Positions 1 to 10,035 of a DNA stretch of 64,000 nucleotides are shown here, one piece after another. The stretch is from contig OZ245365.1 in assembly GCA_965226495.1 (NCBI GenBank), forward strand, positions 3,520,001 through 3,584,000, read 5' to 3'. The DNA is from Candidatus Marinacidobacterales bacterium (GTDB taxonomy: Bacteria > Acidobacteriota > Vicinamibacteria > Marinacidobacterales > DATDRI01). The notes below the pieces were generated by a model. It made no database searches, was not told the origin of the DNA, and was given only the letters and a program-made list of their open reading frames with translations. Made by a program: the position numbers and the translations under genes. Within the stretch, counting starts at the first letter, position 1, and each line of letters starts with the position of its first letter.

Positions 1-705
1 AAGGTCAACCTACGGTGGATCGAAGCGGAGGAGCTTAAAAACGGCAATGTCGCTCCTCTGGAAGGAGTCGATGGGATTCTGGTTCCTGGCGGCTTCGGCC
101 AGCGCGGCACGGAAGGAATGACGGCGGCGGCAGGCTATGCCCGGACCCAGGGTATTCCGTATTTCGGCATCTGTTACGGCTTCCAGTGGTCGGTGGTCGA
201 GTATGCGCGCTCCGTGTGTGGATTGACCGAGGCGAACTCGACGGAATGCCAACCGGATACAAGCGAACGGGTCATCATCAAGCTCGAAGAGCTGGAGGGC
301 GTCGAGCAACTGGGGGGTACGATGAGGCTCGGTGGTTATCCCTGCGTCTTAGAACCCGACTCGCTGGCGCATCGCGCCTACGGGTCCCTCGACATCGTAG
401 AGCGACATCGCCACCGATTCGAGTTCAATCGAGAATATGAGCAGGTCCTAACCGACGCCGGGCTCCGCATCACCGGTCGTTCGCCGGACTCCAAGTTCGT
501 CGAGATCGTAGAGATACCGTCTCATGCCTGGTTCCTCGCGGTACAGTTCCACCCCGAATTCAAATCCCACCCACTGACCCCTCACCCCCTATTCCGTGAG
601 TTCGTAGGAGCGGCAAGGAGTTTCCGGGTCGCGCGAGAAGGAGCGGGGGCTGCCGAAACCGCCTCGAACGAAGTCGCACGACCCCACTCCCGCCCCAGCA
701 AATAG
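1..705 (+). CDS. pyrG: CTP synthase, C-terminal glutamine amidotransferase domain (5' end outside window)
   Basis: Frame open from base 1: GILVPGGFGQRG, GICYG (catalytic Cys), GGTMRLG, ERHRHRFE, AVQFHPE; precedes kdsA. Confidence 0.97.
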   Translation, partial: KVNLRWIEAEELKNGNVAPLEGVDGILVPGGFGQRGTEGMTAAAGYARTQGIPYFGICYGFQWSVVEYARSVCGLTEANSTECQPDTSERVIIKLEELEGVEQLGGTMRLGGYPCVLEPDSLAHRAYGSLDIVERHRHRFEFNREYEQVLTDAGLRITGRSPDSKFVEIVEIPSHAWFLAVQFHPEFKSHPLTPHPLFREFVGAARSFRVAREGAGAAETASNEVARPHSRPSK

Positions 706-754
706 GGCAAAGCTCGAATTCAGGCCAATTCAGGTAATATGGGGCCCGAGATCC

Positions 755-1600
755 ATGCCGACAAATGACCCCACCCGCGCGGTTCGTGTCGCGGGAACGA
801 CCTTAGGGGCCGGCCATCCGTTCGTCCTGATCGCTGGCCCCTGTGTGATTGAAGACGACCGACATCCGTTCTTCATGGCCGAACAACTAAGATCTATCGC
901 TCGCGAGGCAGAGGTCCCCTTCATCTTCAAGGCTTCGTTCGACAAGGCGAATCGGACCTCGGTGGATTCCTTTCGGGGGCCCGGCCTCGAGCACGGCCTC
1001 GCTCTGCTCGGCGAGATCCGGCGGAAGCTCGAGCTCCCCGTGACAACCGATGTTCACGAACCTCAGCAAGCGGAAGCCGTCGCAGAGGTCGTGGATCTCC
1101 TGCAGATCCCGGCATTTCTCTGCCGCCAGACCGACCTCATCATGGCCTCCGCCCGGACCGGAAAGCCGATCAACATCAAGAAGGGGCAATTCCTCGCGCC
1201 CTGGGATATGGCTCACACCGTCGACAAGGCTCGGGCAGCCGGGAACGAGAGCGTTCTGCTGACGGAGCGCGGAACTAGTTTTGGGTACAACAATCTGGTC
1301 GTCGATATGCGCGGATTCTCTGTCATGCGCGAGACCGGATGCCCGGTGGTCTTCGACGTGACACATAGCCTGCAGCTACCAGGGGGGGCAGGAAAATCGT
1401 CAGGAGGCGAAGCTCGCTTCATCGCCGAGCTCGCGTCTGCGGGAGTCGCCGCCGGAGTCGACGCCGTCTTCATGGAGGTCCACGATCGCCCGGATCAGGC
1501 TCGCTCGGATGGACCCAACAGTTGTCCACTCGATAGATTGCCGTCGGTCCTGAAACGCCTCAAAGCCATCGAGCGAGCGATCCGAGAGGAAGGGTCATGA
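755..1600 (+). CDS. kdsA: KDO8P synthase
   Basis: IAGPCVIE, FKASFDKANRTS, LQIPAFLCRQTDL, KKGQFL, ERGTSFGYNNLVVDMR. Confidence 0.97.
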   Translation: MPTNDPTRAVRVAGTTLGAGHPFVLIAGPCVIEDDRHPFFMAEQLRSIAREAEVPFIFKASFDKANRTSVDSFRGPGLEHGLALLGEIRRKLELPVTTDVHEPQQAEAVAEVVDLLQIPAFLCRQTDLIMASARTGKPINIKKGQFLAPWDMAHTVDKARAAGNESVLLTERGTSFGYNNLVVDMRGFSVMRETGCPVVFDVTHSLQLPGGAGKSSGGEARFIAELASAGVAAGVDAVFMEVHDRPDQARSDGPNSCPLDRLPSVLKRLKAIERAIREEGS

Positions 1601-2556
1601 GCCTGGAACTCGCACGCAAAGTGCTCGCCATCGAGGCCCGGGCGATCGAGAAACTCAGCGAGCGACTGGACGAGAATTTCAGCCGTGCGGTGGAGCTCGT
1701 GTCCAACTGTCAGGGTCGCGTCGTGGTGACCGGCATGGGTAAGTCTGGAATCATCTGCCGCAAGATCGCCGCAACCCTGAACAGCACCGGGACGCCGTCG
1801 ATGTTCCTCCATCCCGCCGAAGCACTCCACGGTGACCTAGGAATGGTCGTCAAAGACGATGCTGTCATCGCAGTCTCCAACAGTGGCGAGACCGAAGAGC
1901 TAGTGCAGTTACTCGAGACTCTCAAGCGTCTCAGCGTGCCCCTGATTTCTCTGCTGGGTCGCACGCGCTCCACCTTGGGTAACGCCTCTGACGTCGTTCT
2001 AGATGTCTCGGTGGATGAGGAAGCCTGCCCGATGGGCCTGGCACCCACCGCTAGCACCACTGCCCTTCTCGCCTTGGGCGACGCCTTGGCGATGGCGGTG
2101 TTGGAAAAGAAGGGCTTCACCACGGAAGACTTCGCTGTCCTCCACCCGCGGGGTCATTTGGGATTCAAGCTCCGACGAGTCGAAAACCTGATGCACACCG
2201 GAGAGGAGCTCCCGTTGGTGAAGACAGATGCGCTGATGCGCGACGTAATCTACGAGATGTCTCGCAAGGGGCTCGGAGTCACCAGTGTCGTCGACGACCA
2301 AGAAAAGCTCGTCGGCGTCATATCCGACGGTGACTTGCGTCGCCAACTTGGCCAAGATACGGGACTCTTGGGTAGGAAGGCCGGTGAATGTATGACTCGC
2401 AATCCGGTAACGATCGGTGCTCAGGAGCTCGCAACCAGCGCCCTGGCCCTCATGGAGGAGCGCAAGATCACGTCTCTTCTCGTCCCCGATGATCGTGGCG
2501 GCATCGCGGGCATTATTCACCTCCACGATTTGTGGAGACTCGGCCAGTATTTTTGA
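1597..2556 (+). CDS. kdsD: Arabinose-5-phosphate isomerase, KpsF/GutQ family (SIS + 2 CBS)
   Basis: VVTGMGKSG, HPAEALHGDLG, SNSGET, APTASTT, C-terminal CBS pair; ATGA overlap with kdsA. Confidence 0.95.
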   Translation: MSLELARKVLAIEARAIEKLSERLDENFSRAVELVSNCQGRVVVTGMGKSGIICRKIAATLNSTGTPSMFLHPAEALHGDLGMVVKDDAVIAVSNSGETEELVQLLETLKRLSVPLISLLGRTRSTLGNASDVVLDVSVDEEACPMGLAPTASTTALLALGDALAMAVLEKKGFTTEDFAVLHPRGHLGFKLRRVENLMHTGEELPLVKTDALMRDVIYEMSRKGLGVTSVVDDQEKLVGVISDGDLRRQLGQDTGLLGRKAGECMTRNPVTIGAQELATSALALMEERKITSLLVPDDRGGIAGIIHLHDLWRLGQYF

Positions 2557-2660
2557 GAGCAGCGAGCGACAGCCTTGAGGCCCACCCGCAGCGGCGAGCG
2601 GAGCGAGGCCGCGGAGGGTGCAGCGAGTGGGGGTGGGGCCCCACGAGCGCTAATAAAAGA
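2557..2660. repeat. GC-rich intergenic REP/MITE-like element
   Basis: GTGGGGGTGGGGCCCC (2627-2642) is identical to 30780-30795; both copies also carry GAGCGAGGC-type motifs. Confidence 0.55.
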
Positions 2661-2662
2661 CC

Positions 2663-3187
2663 GTGGATAATATCTTCAGAGAAAAAGCCAAAAAAATCCA
2701 AATGCTGCTCCTCGACGTGGACGGTGTTCTTACCGACGGAACGTTCGAGCGACACGGCAGCGAAGAGGTGAAGCGCTTCCACTCCCGGGACGGCATCGGA
2801 CTCGTGCTGGCGCGCAAGGCAGGCTTGAAGATCGGGCTCATCTCCGGACGTAAATCAAAGGCGGTAATCCAACGGGCCAAGGAGCTAAAGCTGGATTTCG
2901 TCTCCCTGGGCGCCGGTGATAAGCTAGCGGCTCTTCAGCAAGCACTCGGTCAGGAAGGGCTGACACAAGAACAGATCGCGTTCATGGGTGACGACCTTCC
3001 CGATCTGCCAGTCTTGAGCCGAGTGGGACTCTCCGCGGCGGTCGCGGACGCCCATCCCGAGGTCAGGGCGCGCGTCGATCTGGTAACCCGGACGCGAGGA
3101 GGTTTCGGTGCGGTGCGGGAGCTCGTCGATCAAATCTTGACCGCCAAGGGCCTGCTCGAAAACTTAGTCAAAGAATATTTGAGGTAG
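2663..3187 (+). CDS. kdsC: KDO8P phosphatase (HAD family)
   Basis: LLDVDGVLTDG, MGDDLPDL, GGFGAVRE. Confidence 0.95.
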   Translation: MDNIFREKAKKIQMLLLDVDGVLTDGTFERHGSEEVKRFHSRDGIGLVLARKAGLKIGLISGRKSKAVIQRAKELKLDFVSLGAGDKLAALQQALGQEGLTQEQIAFMGDDLPDLPVLSRVGLSAAVADAHPEVRARVDLVTRTRGGFGAVRELVDQILTAKGLLENLVKEYLR

Positions 3188-3189
3188 CC

Positions 3190-3594
3190 GTGCGTACTCT
3201 TACTATGTTGTTCTATTTGTTGCTTGGTTCTTCCCTGACGATCTTCTTCATCACCAACTTCGATCAACGGGTCATTGTCTACTTCGGTTGGCCGCCGAGC
3301 CTGGGATTTCAGACGGTCGACATTCCCCTGGCCTTGGCGCTCATAGGCGCCATGCTCGCGGGCTTCGTGATCGCTGCGTTCCTCGCCATCACCGATCAGT
3401 TTCGACTTCGAACTCGCTTGAGACAGTTGCGTAGAACGAACGAGAGGCTCGAATCCGAGCTCGAGGCGCTCCGGAATCTTCCTTTGACGTCGTTGCCCAC
3501 GTCCGAAGGTCGGCGCGCAACCGCCGAAAACCCCGAAACTGAAGACACGAAGAATGACACGACCCGCGATCGGGAACACCGACTGCTCGATTGA
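3190..3594 (+). CDS. lapA: LPS assembly protein LapA family membrane protein
   Basis: Two TM segments then a coiled coil; immediately upstream of lapB. Confidence 0.75.
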   Translation: MRTLTMLFYLLLGSSLTIFFITNFDQRVIVYFGWPPSLGFQTVDIPLALALIGAMLAGFVIAAFLAITDQFRLRTRLRQLRRTNERLESELEALRNLPLTSLPTSEGRRATAENPETEDTKNDTTRDREHRLLD

Positions 3595-3625
3595 ACCCGT
3601 TTCCGGCGACCATGCCTAAGTACTG

Positions 3626-4843
3626 TTGATGAGCATCAATGAACTGATTCTTCTTGTAGCGCTCATCGCGTTCATCGCCGGGGTCGCGCTGGGCCAGCTT
3701 TGGGGAAAGTTGACCGGCCCGGGGCGCCCGTCAGCGCGTAGGGGAATCGGAGAGTCTTTCCACTACATCTTGGGACTCGAGCTACTCGCTTCCCGACACG
3801 TCGATCGCGCCATATCCGAGCTTTCTCGTGCCGCCCGCTCCGATACCGAAGCCATCGAGATCTATTTGATCCTCGGCAATCTCTTTAGGGAGAAGGGACA
3901 GGTCGAGCGCGCCATCCAAATACACCAAAGCATCTTGCACCGCCCCGGTCTGCTGCCTCTGGAGAAAGCTCATGCGCTTCTTTGCCTCGGTGTGGATTTC
4001 AAGAGAGCCGGATTCCGTGACCGAGCGGTCGACACGTTGGAAGAAGTACTGGCGATCGAACCGACGAACTCCTATGCACTCTTACACCTTCTCCGCATCC
4101 AAGAAGAAGAGCAGGATTGGGAAGAGGCTCTCTCCGTGCTTCAGAAGCTCGATGCGGCCAGCGAAGAACCCAATCCAACTTTGGCGGCTTTCTTACACGA
4201 CCAGGTCGGCCAGGCGGCTCTCGACACCGACGAGAAGCGAGCGGCGAGAAGCTTCGAAACGGCTATCGGCTACGACCGAACCCTGGCACCTCCTTACCTC
4301 CATCTCGGAGACTTGTTGGAACGACAGGGCTCCCTCTCAGCAGCGGTTGAGCAATGGGAGAAGCTGGCCCGCGAGAGCCCGGAGCACGCCTACTTGGCGT
4401 TCGAGCGATTGGAAAGGGTCTATCCTCAGATCGGCGAAGAAGTGAAACTGGATCGACTCTATCAGGACGCGATGGCGAGCGACGGCAGGGACTGGCGAGC
4501 GCATCTTGCCTCAGCGCGGAGAAAAGCCCGTAAGGGCAACACCGACGAGGCGCTCCAACTCTTGGCAACTGCCGCGGCGAACAATCCTCATGCCATCGAA
4601 GTACATCTTGATTACTGGAATCTCCTGCTCACCCACGGTGCGTCCAAGGAACGCATCCAAGGCTATCTCGAGAACGTTCGCGGGTCGATGTTTTTCCTGG
4701 ATCCCCACATCTGCGTGAAGTGCCACTACCGCGCCAACGGGATTCTTTGGCGATGTCCCCATTGCCAAGAATGGAATACCTTCGTGGAGGAAAGGCTCGC
4801 AGCGCGGCAGCATCCACCGGCAGTCCAGAGCGAACGAAATTGA
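3626..4843 (+). CDS. lapB: LPS assembly protein LapB (TPR + rubredoxin-like)
   Basis: N-terminal TM, LGNLFREKGQVERAIQIHQ, C-terminal CVKC...WRCPHCQEWNT. Confidence 0.9.
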   Translation: MMSINELILLVALIAFIAGVALGQLWGKLTGPGRPSARRGIGESFHYILGLELLASRHVDRAISELSRAARSDTEAIEIYLILGNLFREKGQVERAIQIHQSILHRPGLLPLEKAHALLCLGVDFKRAGFRDRAVDTLEEVLAIEPTNSYALLHLLRIQEEEQDWEEALSVLQKLDAASEEPNPTLAAFLHDQVGQAALDTDEKRAARSFETAIGYDRTLAPPYLHLGDLLERQGSLSAAVEQWEKLARESPEHAYLAFERLERVYPQIGEEVKLDRLYQDAMASDGRDWRAHLASARRKARKGNTDEALQLLATAAANNPHAIEVHLDYWNLLLTHGASKERIQGYLENVRGSMFFLDPHICVKCHYRANGILWRCPHCQEWNTFVEERLAARQHPPAVQSERN

Positions 4844-4861
4844 AGCCCTTTCCTTTACTCC

Positions 4862-4918
4862 CTCTCCCTTCCGCCGAAGTCCTTTGAACCGAGGTGGACG
4901 GAGGCGGGCAGGGAGAGA
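4862..4918. terminator. Imperfect hairpin between convergent lapB and coaE
   Basis: CTCTCCCT..CCGCC pairs with GGCGG..AGGGAGAG. Confidence 0.4.
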
Positions 4919-4922
4919 GTAG

Positions 4923-5528
4923 CTAAGCCCCAGCGTCGCGCAGCAAACACTCCCAGACCTCTCCGACCCGCCGCTCAGTGTCTTCTAGACTCCCTGAGCT
5001 ATCGACCACGTAGTCGGCATAAAGTTTCTTTTGCTCAACAGAAAGTTGGGAGTCTATTCGGAGTGCCGCGTCCTCTGGTGGGAGACCATCGCGCGCCACC
5101 AACCGTTCCAGCTGGACTTCGCGAGGACAATAAACGACCACCAGGCGATCATAATCGCGATAAGTTCCGGTCTCGATCATAAGCGCCGCGTCGATAACCC
5201 CGATTTGTATGTCCCCTCGCTCGGCCTCCGCCAGGAGCCTTTTCTCCTCCGCGATCACCTCCGGGTGAACGAGGCGGTTCAGCTGCCGTCGCGCATCGGG
5301 ATCCGAAAAAACAATGGCTCCCAACTTTTTTCGATCGACCGATCCATCGGGCGCCAGGACGTCGGGCCCGAACTTTTTACCAATCGCTGCGGTGAGCTCT
5401 GTTTGCTGGTCCATGAGCTGGTGCACGACGGTATCGGCGTCCAAGGTGAAGGCTCCTCGTTCGGCCAAGAGTCTTCGGACAAAAGTCTTGCCGCATGCAA
5501 TGCCGCCGGTGAGGCCGACCCTCAGCAT
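4923..5528 (-). CDS. coaE: Dephospho-CoA kinase
   Basis: MLRVGLTGGIACGKT P-loop, LDADTVVH, LNRLVHP; start placed at ATG 5528. Confidence 0.95.
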   Translation of the reverse strand: MLRVGLTGGIACGKTFVRRLLAERGAFTLDADTVVHQLMDQQTELTAAIGKKFGPDVLAPDGSVDRKKLGAIVFSDPDARRQLNRLVHPEVIAEEKRLLAEAERGDIQIGVIDAALMIETGTYRDYDRLVVVYCPREVQLERLVARDGLPPEDAALRIDSQLSVEQKKLYADYVVDSSGSLEDTERRVGEVWECLLRDAGA

Positions 5529-5538
5529 ACTGGACCAT

Positions 5539-6462
5539 TCAAGAGGAAAGGCGTCTCTGGCGCGCCAAACGCGTGGTGTTGACGAGCAGCATCGCGATCG
5601 TGAGTGGGCCGACACCTCCTGGGACTGGGGTGAGCGCGCCGGCCACTTCCTGTGCCTCGCGCGGATGCACGTCTCCCACCAAGGTGTAGCCTTTCTCCTC
5701 GAGTTGCGCGAGCCGTGGAGAGCCATCCCCGAAGTACTCCCGAACCGCTTGCGGATCGTCAACGCGGTTGATACCGACGTCCACGACCACCGCTCCCGGC
5801 TTGATGAAGTCGCGCCCGACCATCGCCGGCCTACCAAGTGCAGCGATCAGGATGTCTGCCTCGGAAGACACCTGGGCCAGATCACGGGTCCGGGAGTGAC
5901 ACACTGTGACCGTGGCGTGCTCATGGAGGAGAAGAAGCGCCATGGGCTTTCCAACGATGTTGCTCCTTCCAAGCACCACCGCGCGGGCCCCTTTGATCTC
6001 CACCTTCTCCCTTTGTAGGAGCTCGAGAATACCGGCGGGCGTGCATGGACGAGGCGCTGGCTCGTTTTGGACCAGCCGACCGACGTTTACCGGATGGAAA
6101 CCGTCCACGTCCTTGTCCGGCCGAATGAGAGGAATGAACTCGCTCGCATCGAGGTGCTCCGGAAGCGGAAGCTGCAACAGGATGGCGTCTACGTCTTCCT
6201 TTCGGTTCAGAACCTCGATCTGCTCGGCAAGCGCATCGCGGCTCGTGTCGGCGCCCAAGCGGATGGCCTCCGAATGAATGCCCGCTTTTTCCGAGGCCCG
6301 CGTCTTGTTCCGCACGTAAATCTCGGATGCCGGGTTGTCTCCAACCAGAATCGCAACCAATCCGGGAACCACTCCTTGAGAGGCTAGTTCGCTTACTTCC
6401 CCCCGGACGTCTTCGCGGATGTCCTGCCCCACTTGCTTGCCATCGAGTATTCGTGCGCTCAA
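5539..6462 (-). CDS. folD: Methylene-THF dehydrogenase/cyclohydrolase
   Basis: YVRNK, KDVDGFHP, PCTPAG, GRSNIVGKP, TPVPGGVGPLT. Confidence 0.97.
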   Translation of the reverse strand: MSARILDGKQVGQDIREDVRGEVSELASQGVVPGLVAILVGDNPASEIYVRNKTRASEKAGIHSEAIRLGADTSRDALAEQIEVLNRKEDVDAILLQLPLPEHLDASEFIPLIRPDKDVDGFHPVNVGRLVQNEPAPRPCTPAGILELLQREKVEIKGARAVVLGRSNIVGKPMALLLLHEHATVTVCHSRTRDLAQVSSEADILIAALGRPAMVGRDFIKPGAVVVDVGINRVDDPQAVREYFGDGSPRLAQLEEKGYTLVGDVHPREAQEVAGALTPVPGGVGPLTIAMLLVNTTRLARQRRLSS

Positions 6463-6609
6463 CTACCCTCCTACTTGTACGCGTGAGCCCTCACCCAGGC
6501 CCTCTCCCAGAGGGATTAACGGAAGAAGAGACCGACGCCTGGCTAACTGTTTCGTGGCTACTCCCTGTTTTGGCGTCCCTCATGCGACGGAAGAGGAAGA
6601 ATAACCGAA

Positions 6610-7968
6610 CTAGATCACAGCGGTGGTGTCCTTCGCCGCAAAGCGCTCGAGGAATCGTGTGTTGTAACGCCCCTCTTGAAAATCTTGATCGGCAAGGATC
6701 TTCTGATGCAGCGGCACCGTGGTCTTTACGCCCTCGATGATCGTCAAGCCCAAGGCGCGCCTCATTCGCGCGATAGCCGCCTTGCGATCGCGGTCGTGGA
6801 CGACCAATTTGGCGATCATCGAATCGTAGTAGGGAAGCACTTTGCATTCGGAGTGTGCCGCGGTGTCGACGCGTACCCCTGGTCCTCCCGGAAGGTGAAA
6901 GGCGTGAATGGTCCCTGGCGATGGCGTGAAGGTATCGGGGTCCTCGGCGTTGATGCGACACTCGATACTCGCACCGTTGAAGGAGACTTCTTTCTGCGAA
7001 TAGCCGAGCGGCTCTCCGGCCGCGATCCGGATTTGCTCCTTGAGTAGATCGATGCCGGTGACCATTTCCGTCACTGGATGCTCCACTTGGATGCGTGTGT
7101 TCATCTCCATGAAGTAGAACTTCTCGTTTTCATCCAGCAGAAACTCGACGGTGCCGGCATTGACGTAGTCCACAGCGCGCGCGCCGTCCACTGCCATGCG
7201 TCCCATTTTCTTTCGCAGTCGATCCGAGACTACGGGCGAGGGTGACTCCTCGAGAAGTTTTTGGTGGCGCCTCTGGATGGAGCACTCGCGTTCTCCGAGA
7301 TGGACCACGTTGCCTTTCGAATCAGCCAGAACTTGGATCTCGATGTGCCGGGGGCTCTTCAAATATTTCTCCAAATAGACGTCGCTCACTCCGAAGGCAG
7401 ACTCCGCCTCGTGGCGAGCGGCTCGGAACGCCTTGGACAGCTCCGCCTCATTCTCGACGATTCGCATGCCGCGGCCCCCGCCGCCGGCGGAAGCCTTGAG
7501 AATGACCGGGTAGCCGATGCCTTTGGCCACGTGCACCGCTTGCTCCGCATCTTCCATCACCCCGTTCGAACCAGGTAGCACGGGAACACCCGCCTTCTTC
7601 ATCGTGCGCCGAGCAAGAGACTTGTCTCCCATCAGCCGGATGGCACGCGGGCTAGGACCGATGAACTTGATGTGGCAGGCTTCGCACACTTCGGCCAGGT
7701 ACGAACTCTCGGCGAGGAACCCGTAACCGGGGTGAATCGCATCGGCGCCGGTGATTTCGGCGGCGGAAATAATATTGGGAATATTCAGATAGCTGTCGAC
7801 GCTTCGCGCCGGACCGATACAAACCTCTTCGTCCGCAAAGCGGACGTGCAGCGAGTCCCGATCGACGTCCGAGTACACGGCCACGGTACGGATGCCCAGC
7901 TCCTTACAAGCGGAGAGGACCCTGAGCGCAATCTCACCTCGGTTAGCGATCAGGATCTTTTTGAACAT
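6610..7968 (-). CDS. accC: Acetyl-CoA carboxylase biotin carboxylase
   Basis: [46 protein letters not shown]. Confidence 0.97.
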   Translation of the reverse strand: MFKKILIANRGEIALRVLSACKELGIRTVAVYSDVDRDSLHVRFADEEVCIGPARSVDSYLNIPNIISAAEITGADAIHPGYGFLAESSYLAEVCEACHIKFIGPSPRAIRLMGDKSLARRTMKKAGVPVLPGSNGVMEDAEQAVHVAKGIGYPVILKASAGGGGRGMRIVENEAELSKAFRAARHEAESAFGVSDVYLEKYLKSPRHIEIQVLADSKGNVVHLGERECSIQRRHQKLLEESPSPVVSDRLRKKMGRMAVDGARAVDYVNAGTVEFLLDENEKFYFMEMNTRIQVEHPVTEMVTGIDLLKEQIRIAAGEPLGYSQKEVSFNGASIECRINAEDPDTFTPSPGTIHAFHLPGGPGVRVDTAAHSECKVLPYYDSMIAKLVVHDRDRKAAIARMRRALGLTIIEGVKTTVPLHQKILADQDFQEGRYNTRFLERFAAKDTTAVI

Positions 7969-8018
7969 AGGTACATCTCGCAGAGATGTTAAAGGTTGGG
8001 TGACCTAGAACAGTCGCT

Positions 8019-8486
8019 TTAATTGCCCACCCGGATGGTGAAGAGCTCGTCACCGAATTGAACGGGCTGCCCGTTCTCGACGAATACCTTGACGATCTCG
8101 CCCCCCTCCTCTGATTCGATCTCGTTCATGAGCTTCATCGCCTCGATGACGCAAAGCACTTGCCCTACTTCCACTCGGTCACCTTCGTTGACGAACGGAG
8201 GAGCATTGGGCTCGGGTGCTCGGTAGAATGTACCCACCATCGGTGAGCGCACCAACGACACACCATCCTCCTCCACCGTAGCTGCTTTTTCCCTAGTTGG
8301 CTGGGCGGTCTCCGTCGACGAGAGGTCTTTGCCCCGACTGCTCGCGACAGCGAGCGGGGTTGGCGGTGGTGGCGAGTCGTGGCCCTTCTTGATCTTGACC
8401 TTGACTCCCTTTTCTTCGAGCTCGAACTCGGTGATGCCTTTCTCCAAGACGAGATCGAGCAACTCTCTGAGCTCTTTCAGATTCAA
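8019..8486 (-). CDS. accB: Biotin carboxyl carrier protein
   Basis: SPMVGTFY, IEAMKLMNEI biotinylation site. Confidence 0.96.
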   Translation of the reverse strand: MNLKELRELLDLVLEKGITEFELEEKGVKVKIKKGHDSPPPPTPLAVASSRGKDLSSTETAQPTREKAATVEEDGVSLVRSPMVGTFYRAPEPNAPPFVNEGDRVEVGQVLCVIEAMKLMNEIESEEGGEIVKVFVENGQPVQFGDELFTIRVGN

Positions 8487-8529
8487 AGACGTTGGTCTCC
8501 GTTACCGGTACCTACTACGTGAGAAGGCG

Positions 8530-9639
8530 CTAACCATAACACACCCATGAAAAGTCCTGCAATCCGTTCTCATTCTCGTTGCGACTGAGGAGCCGGTACC
8601 CATCCTCGGTCACCAGTACATCGTCTTCCAACCGCACTCCCCCCTTTCCCGGGATGTAAATCCCGGGCTCGACGGTAAAGACCATTCCGGCCTTGAGCCG
8701 CTCCGCTCGACCCGGCGAGATCCAGGGGGCCTCGTGAACCTCCAGGCCGATTCCGTGCCCCGTGCCGTGCCCAAAGAACTCCCCGAAGCCGGCCGCTTCG
8801 ATGACTTCTCGAGCCGCAGCGTCCACTTCCTGAGCCTCCACGCCCGGACCGATCCTCTGAATCCCAGCCTGTTGAGCCGCGGCGACCACCTCGTAGATCC
8901 GCGCCATCTCTCCGGGCGGATCCCCAATCGAAAAAGTGCGGGTGATGTCGCTCGCGTACCCCTCCATGACTCCACCGAAGTCCGCGACCACGATATCGCC
9001 GGTTCGAAAACGACGGTCCGTGGGGCGAGCGTGCGGAAGCGCCGAGCGCGAACCGGAAGCAACAATAGTGTCGAAAGAGGTCTTTTCATAACCGTCCCGT
9101 CGCAATCGGTAGTCGAGCTCGGTCGCCAACGTTCGCTCAGATGTGTCCATCCGGATTGAGCTCCGTATCGAATCGAGCGCAGGCATCAAACCGACCGCTG
9201 CTCGTTCGAGCACCGCGAGCTCGGTCGCGTCCTTCACGATACGCAGCTCTTCAACCAACCCCTGCGTTCCTATGAGTCGCGCTGTAGGCAGTTCCGACTC
9301 CAACAAATTCAGCTGGGAGACCCGAAGATGGGACTCCTCGTACGCTAGGCTCTTGAATGCTCGGGCGCGTGTGAATCGCGCCAGCGTTTCCTCGTAGGAA
9401 TCGGTGACCACGTGGATGTCGAGGTGCCCGGTCTCTTCCTGAGATTGGTTCTTGTATCGCGAGTCGGTGATGAGCGTAGTGGCCCCGTCTTTTTCCACCA
9501 CGAGCACCGCGGCGCTTCCTGAGAACCCGGAGAGATACCGGACGTTGGGCAGATGAGTAACGATGAAAGCGCTGACCGTCAGCTCGTCGAGAGAACGTGC
9601 GAGGCGCGCACGGCGATCCACAAACTGGACGGATGACAT
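8530..9639 (-). CDS. Xaa-Pro peptidase (M24B)
   Basis: NVRYLSGFSGS, SALPHA, GYASDITRT, HGTGHGIGLEVHE, TVEPGIY, GVRLEDD; start ATG 9639. Confidence 0.92.
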   Translation of the reverse strand: MSSVQFVDRRARLARSLDELTVSAFIVTHLPNVRYLSGFSGSAAVLVVEKDGATTLITDSRYKNQSQEETGHLDIHVVTDSYEETLARFTRARAFKSLAYEESHLRVSQLNLLESELPTARLIGTQGLVEELRIVKDATELAVLERAAVGLMPALDSIRSSIRMDTSERTLATELDYRLRRDGYEKTSFDTIVASGSRSALPHARPTDRRFRTGDIVVADFGGVMEGYASDITRTFSIGDPPGEMARIYEVVAAAQQAGIQRIGPGVEAQEVDAAAREVIEAAGFGEFFGHGTGHGIGLEVHEAPWISPGRAERLKAGMVFTVEPGIYIPGKGGVRLEDDVLVTEDGYRLLSRNENENGLQDFSWVCYG

Positions 9640-9665
9640 GGAAGGAGCGAGGCGTCGAGCCCGAG

Positions 9666-10025
9666 CTACGCGAACTCTTTTTCCAACCGAAGGGTGGCGC
9701 GCCGCATCACAAAACGGGCCCGCCCCTGGTTCGCGCCCCGTCTCATCACGCCGAGAAGGATGTAGTCCTCGGTGATGGCGACGGCGAGGATCACGAGAAG
9801 CTCGGTGGTGATCGTGATCTCCCGTAGGCTCCCGGCGCCGACTTCCTCCGAAGCTTGCCGCGTGTTCTTCAGGAGAGCGGTACACTCGGCGGCCAACGTC
9901 TCGAAGTTGGCCGTATCATCCAAACGAAGCTGCTCGATGGGTATGCCATCCATTCCCATGACCACGAGACCTACCCAGCCATCGACTTTTTTCACCACGT
10001 CCTGCAAGACTTCCGAGAAAACCAT
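9666..10025 (-). CDS. Roadblock/LC7 domain protein (MglB/MglC-like)
   Basis: 119 aa, VVMGMDGIPIE and ANQGRARFVMR; roadblock-type pattern; start ATG 10025. Confidence 0.8.
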   Translation of the reverse strand: MVFSEVLQDVVKKVDGWVGLVVMGMDGIPIEQLRLDDTANFETLAAECTALLKNTRQASEEVGAGSLREITITTELLVILAVAITEDYILLGVMRRGANQGRARFVMRRATLRLEKEFA

Positions 10026-10035
10026 CCCTACTCCT

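Noticed and set aside
4923-5837. N-terminally extended ORF calls for coaE (also 8530-9885, 19836-20810, 43324-45300, 53367-54353, 61584-63443)
   Set aside because: The extensions overlap neighbouring real genes and are not protein-like; downstream starts fit family N-termini
6488-6513. CCCTCACCC...CCCTCTCCC repeat-like motif between accC and folD
   Set aside because: Only a partial half-site with no complementary arm or second full copy in the window
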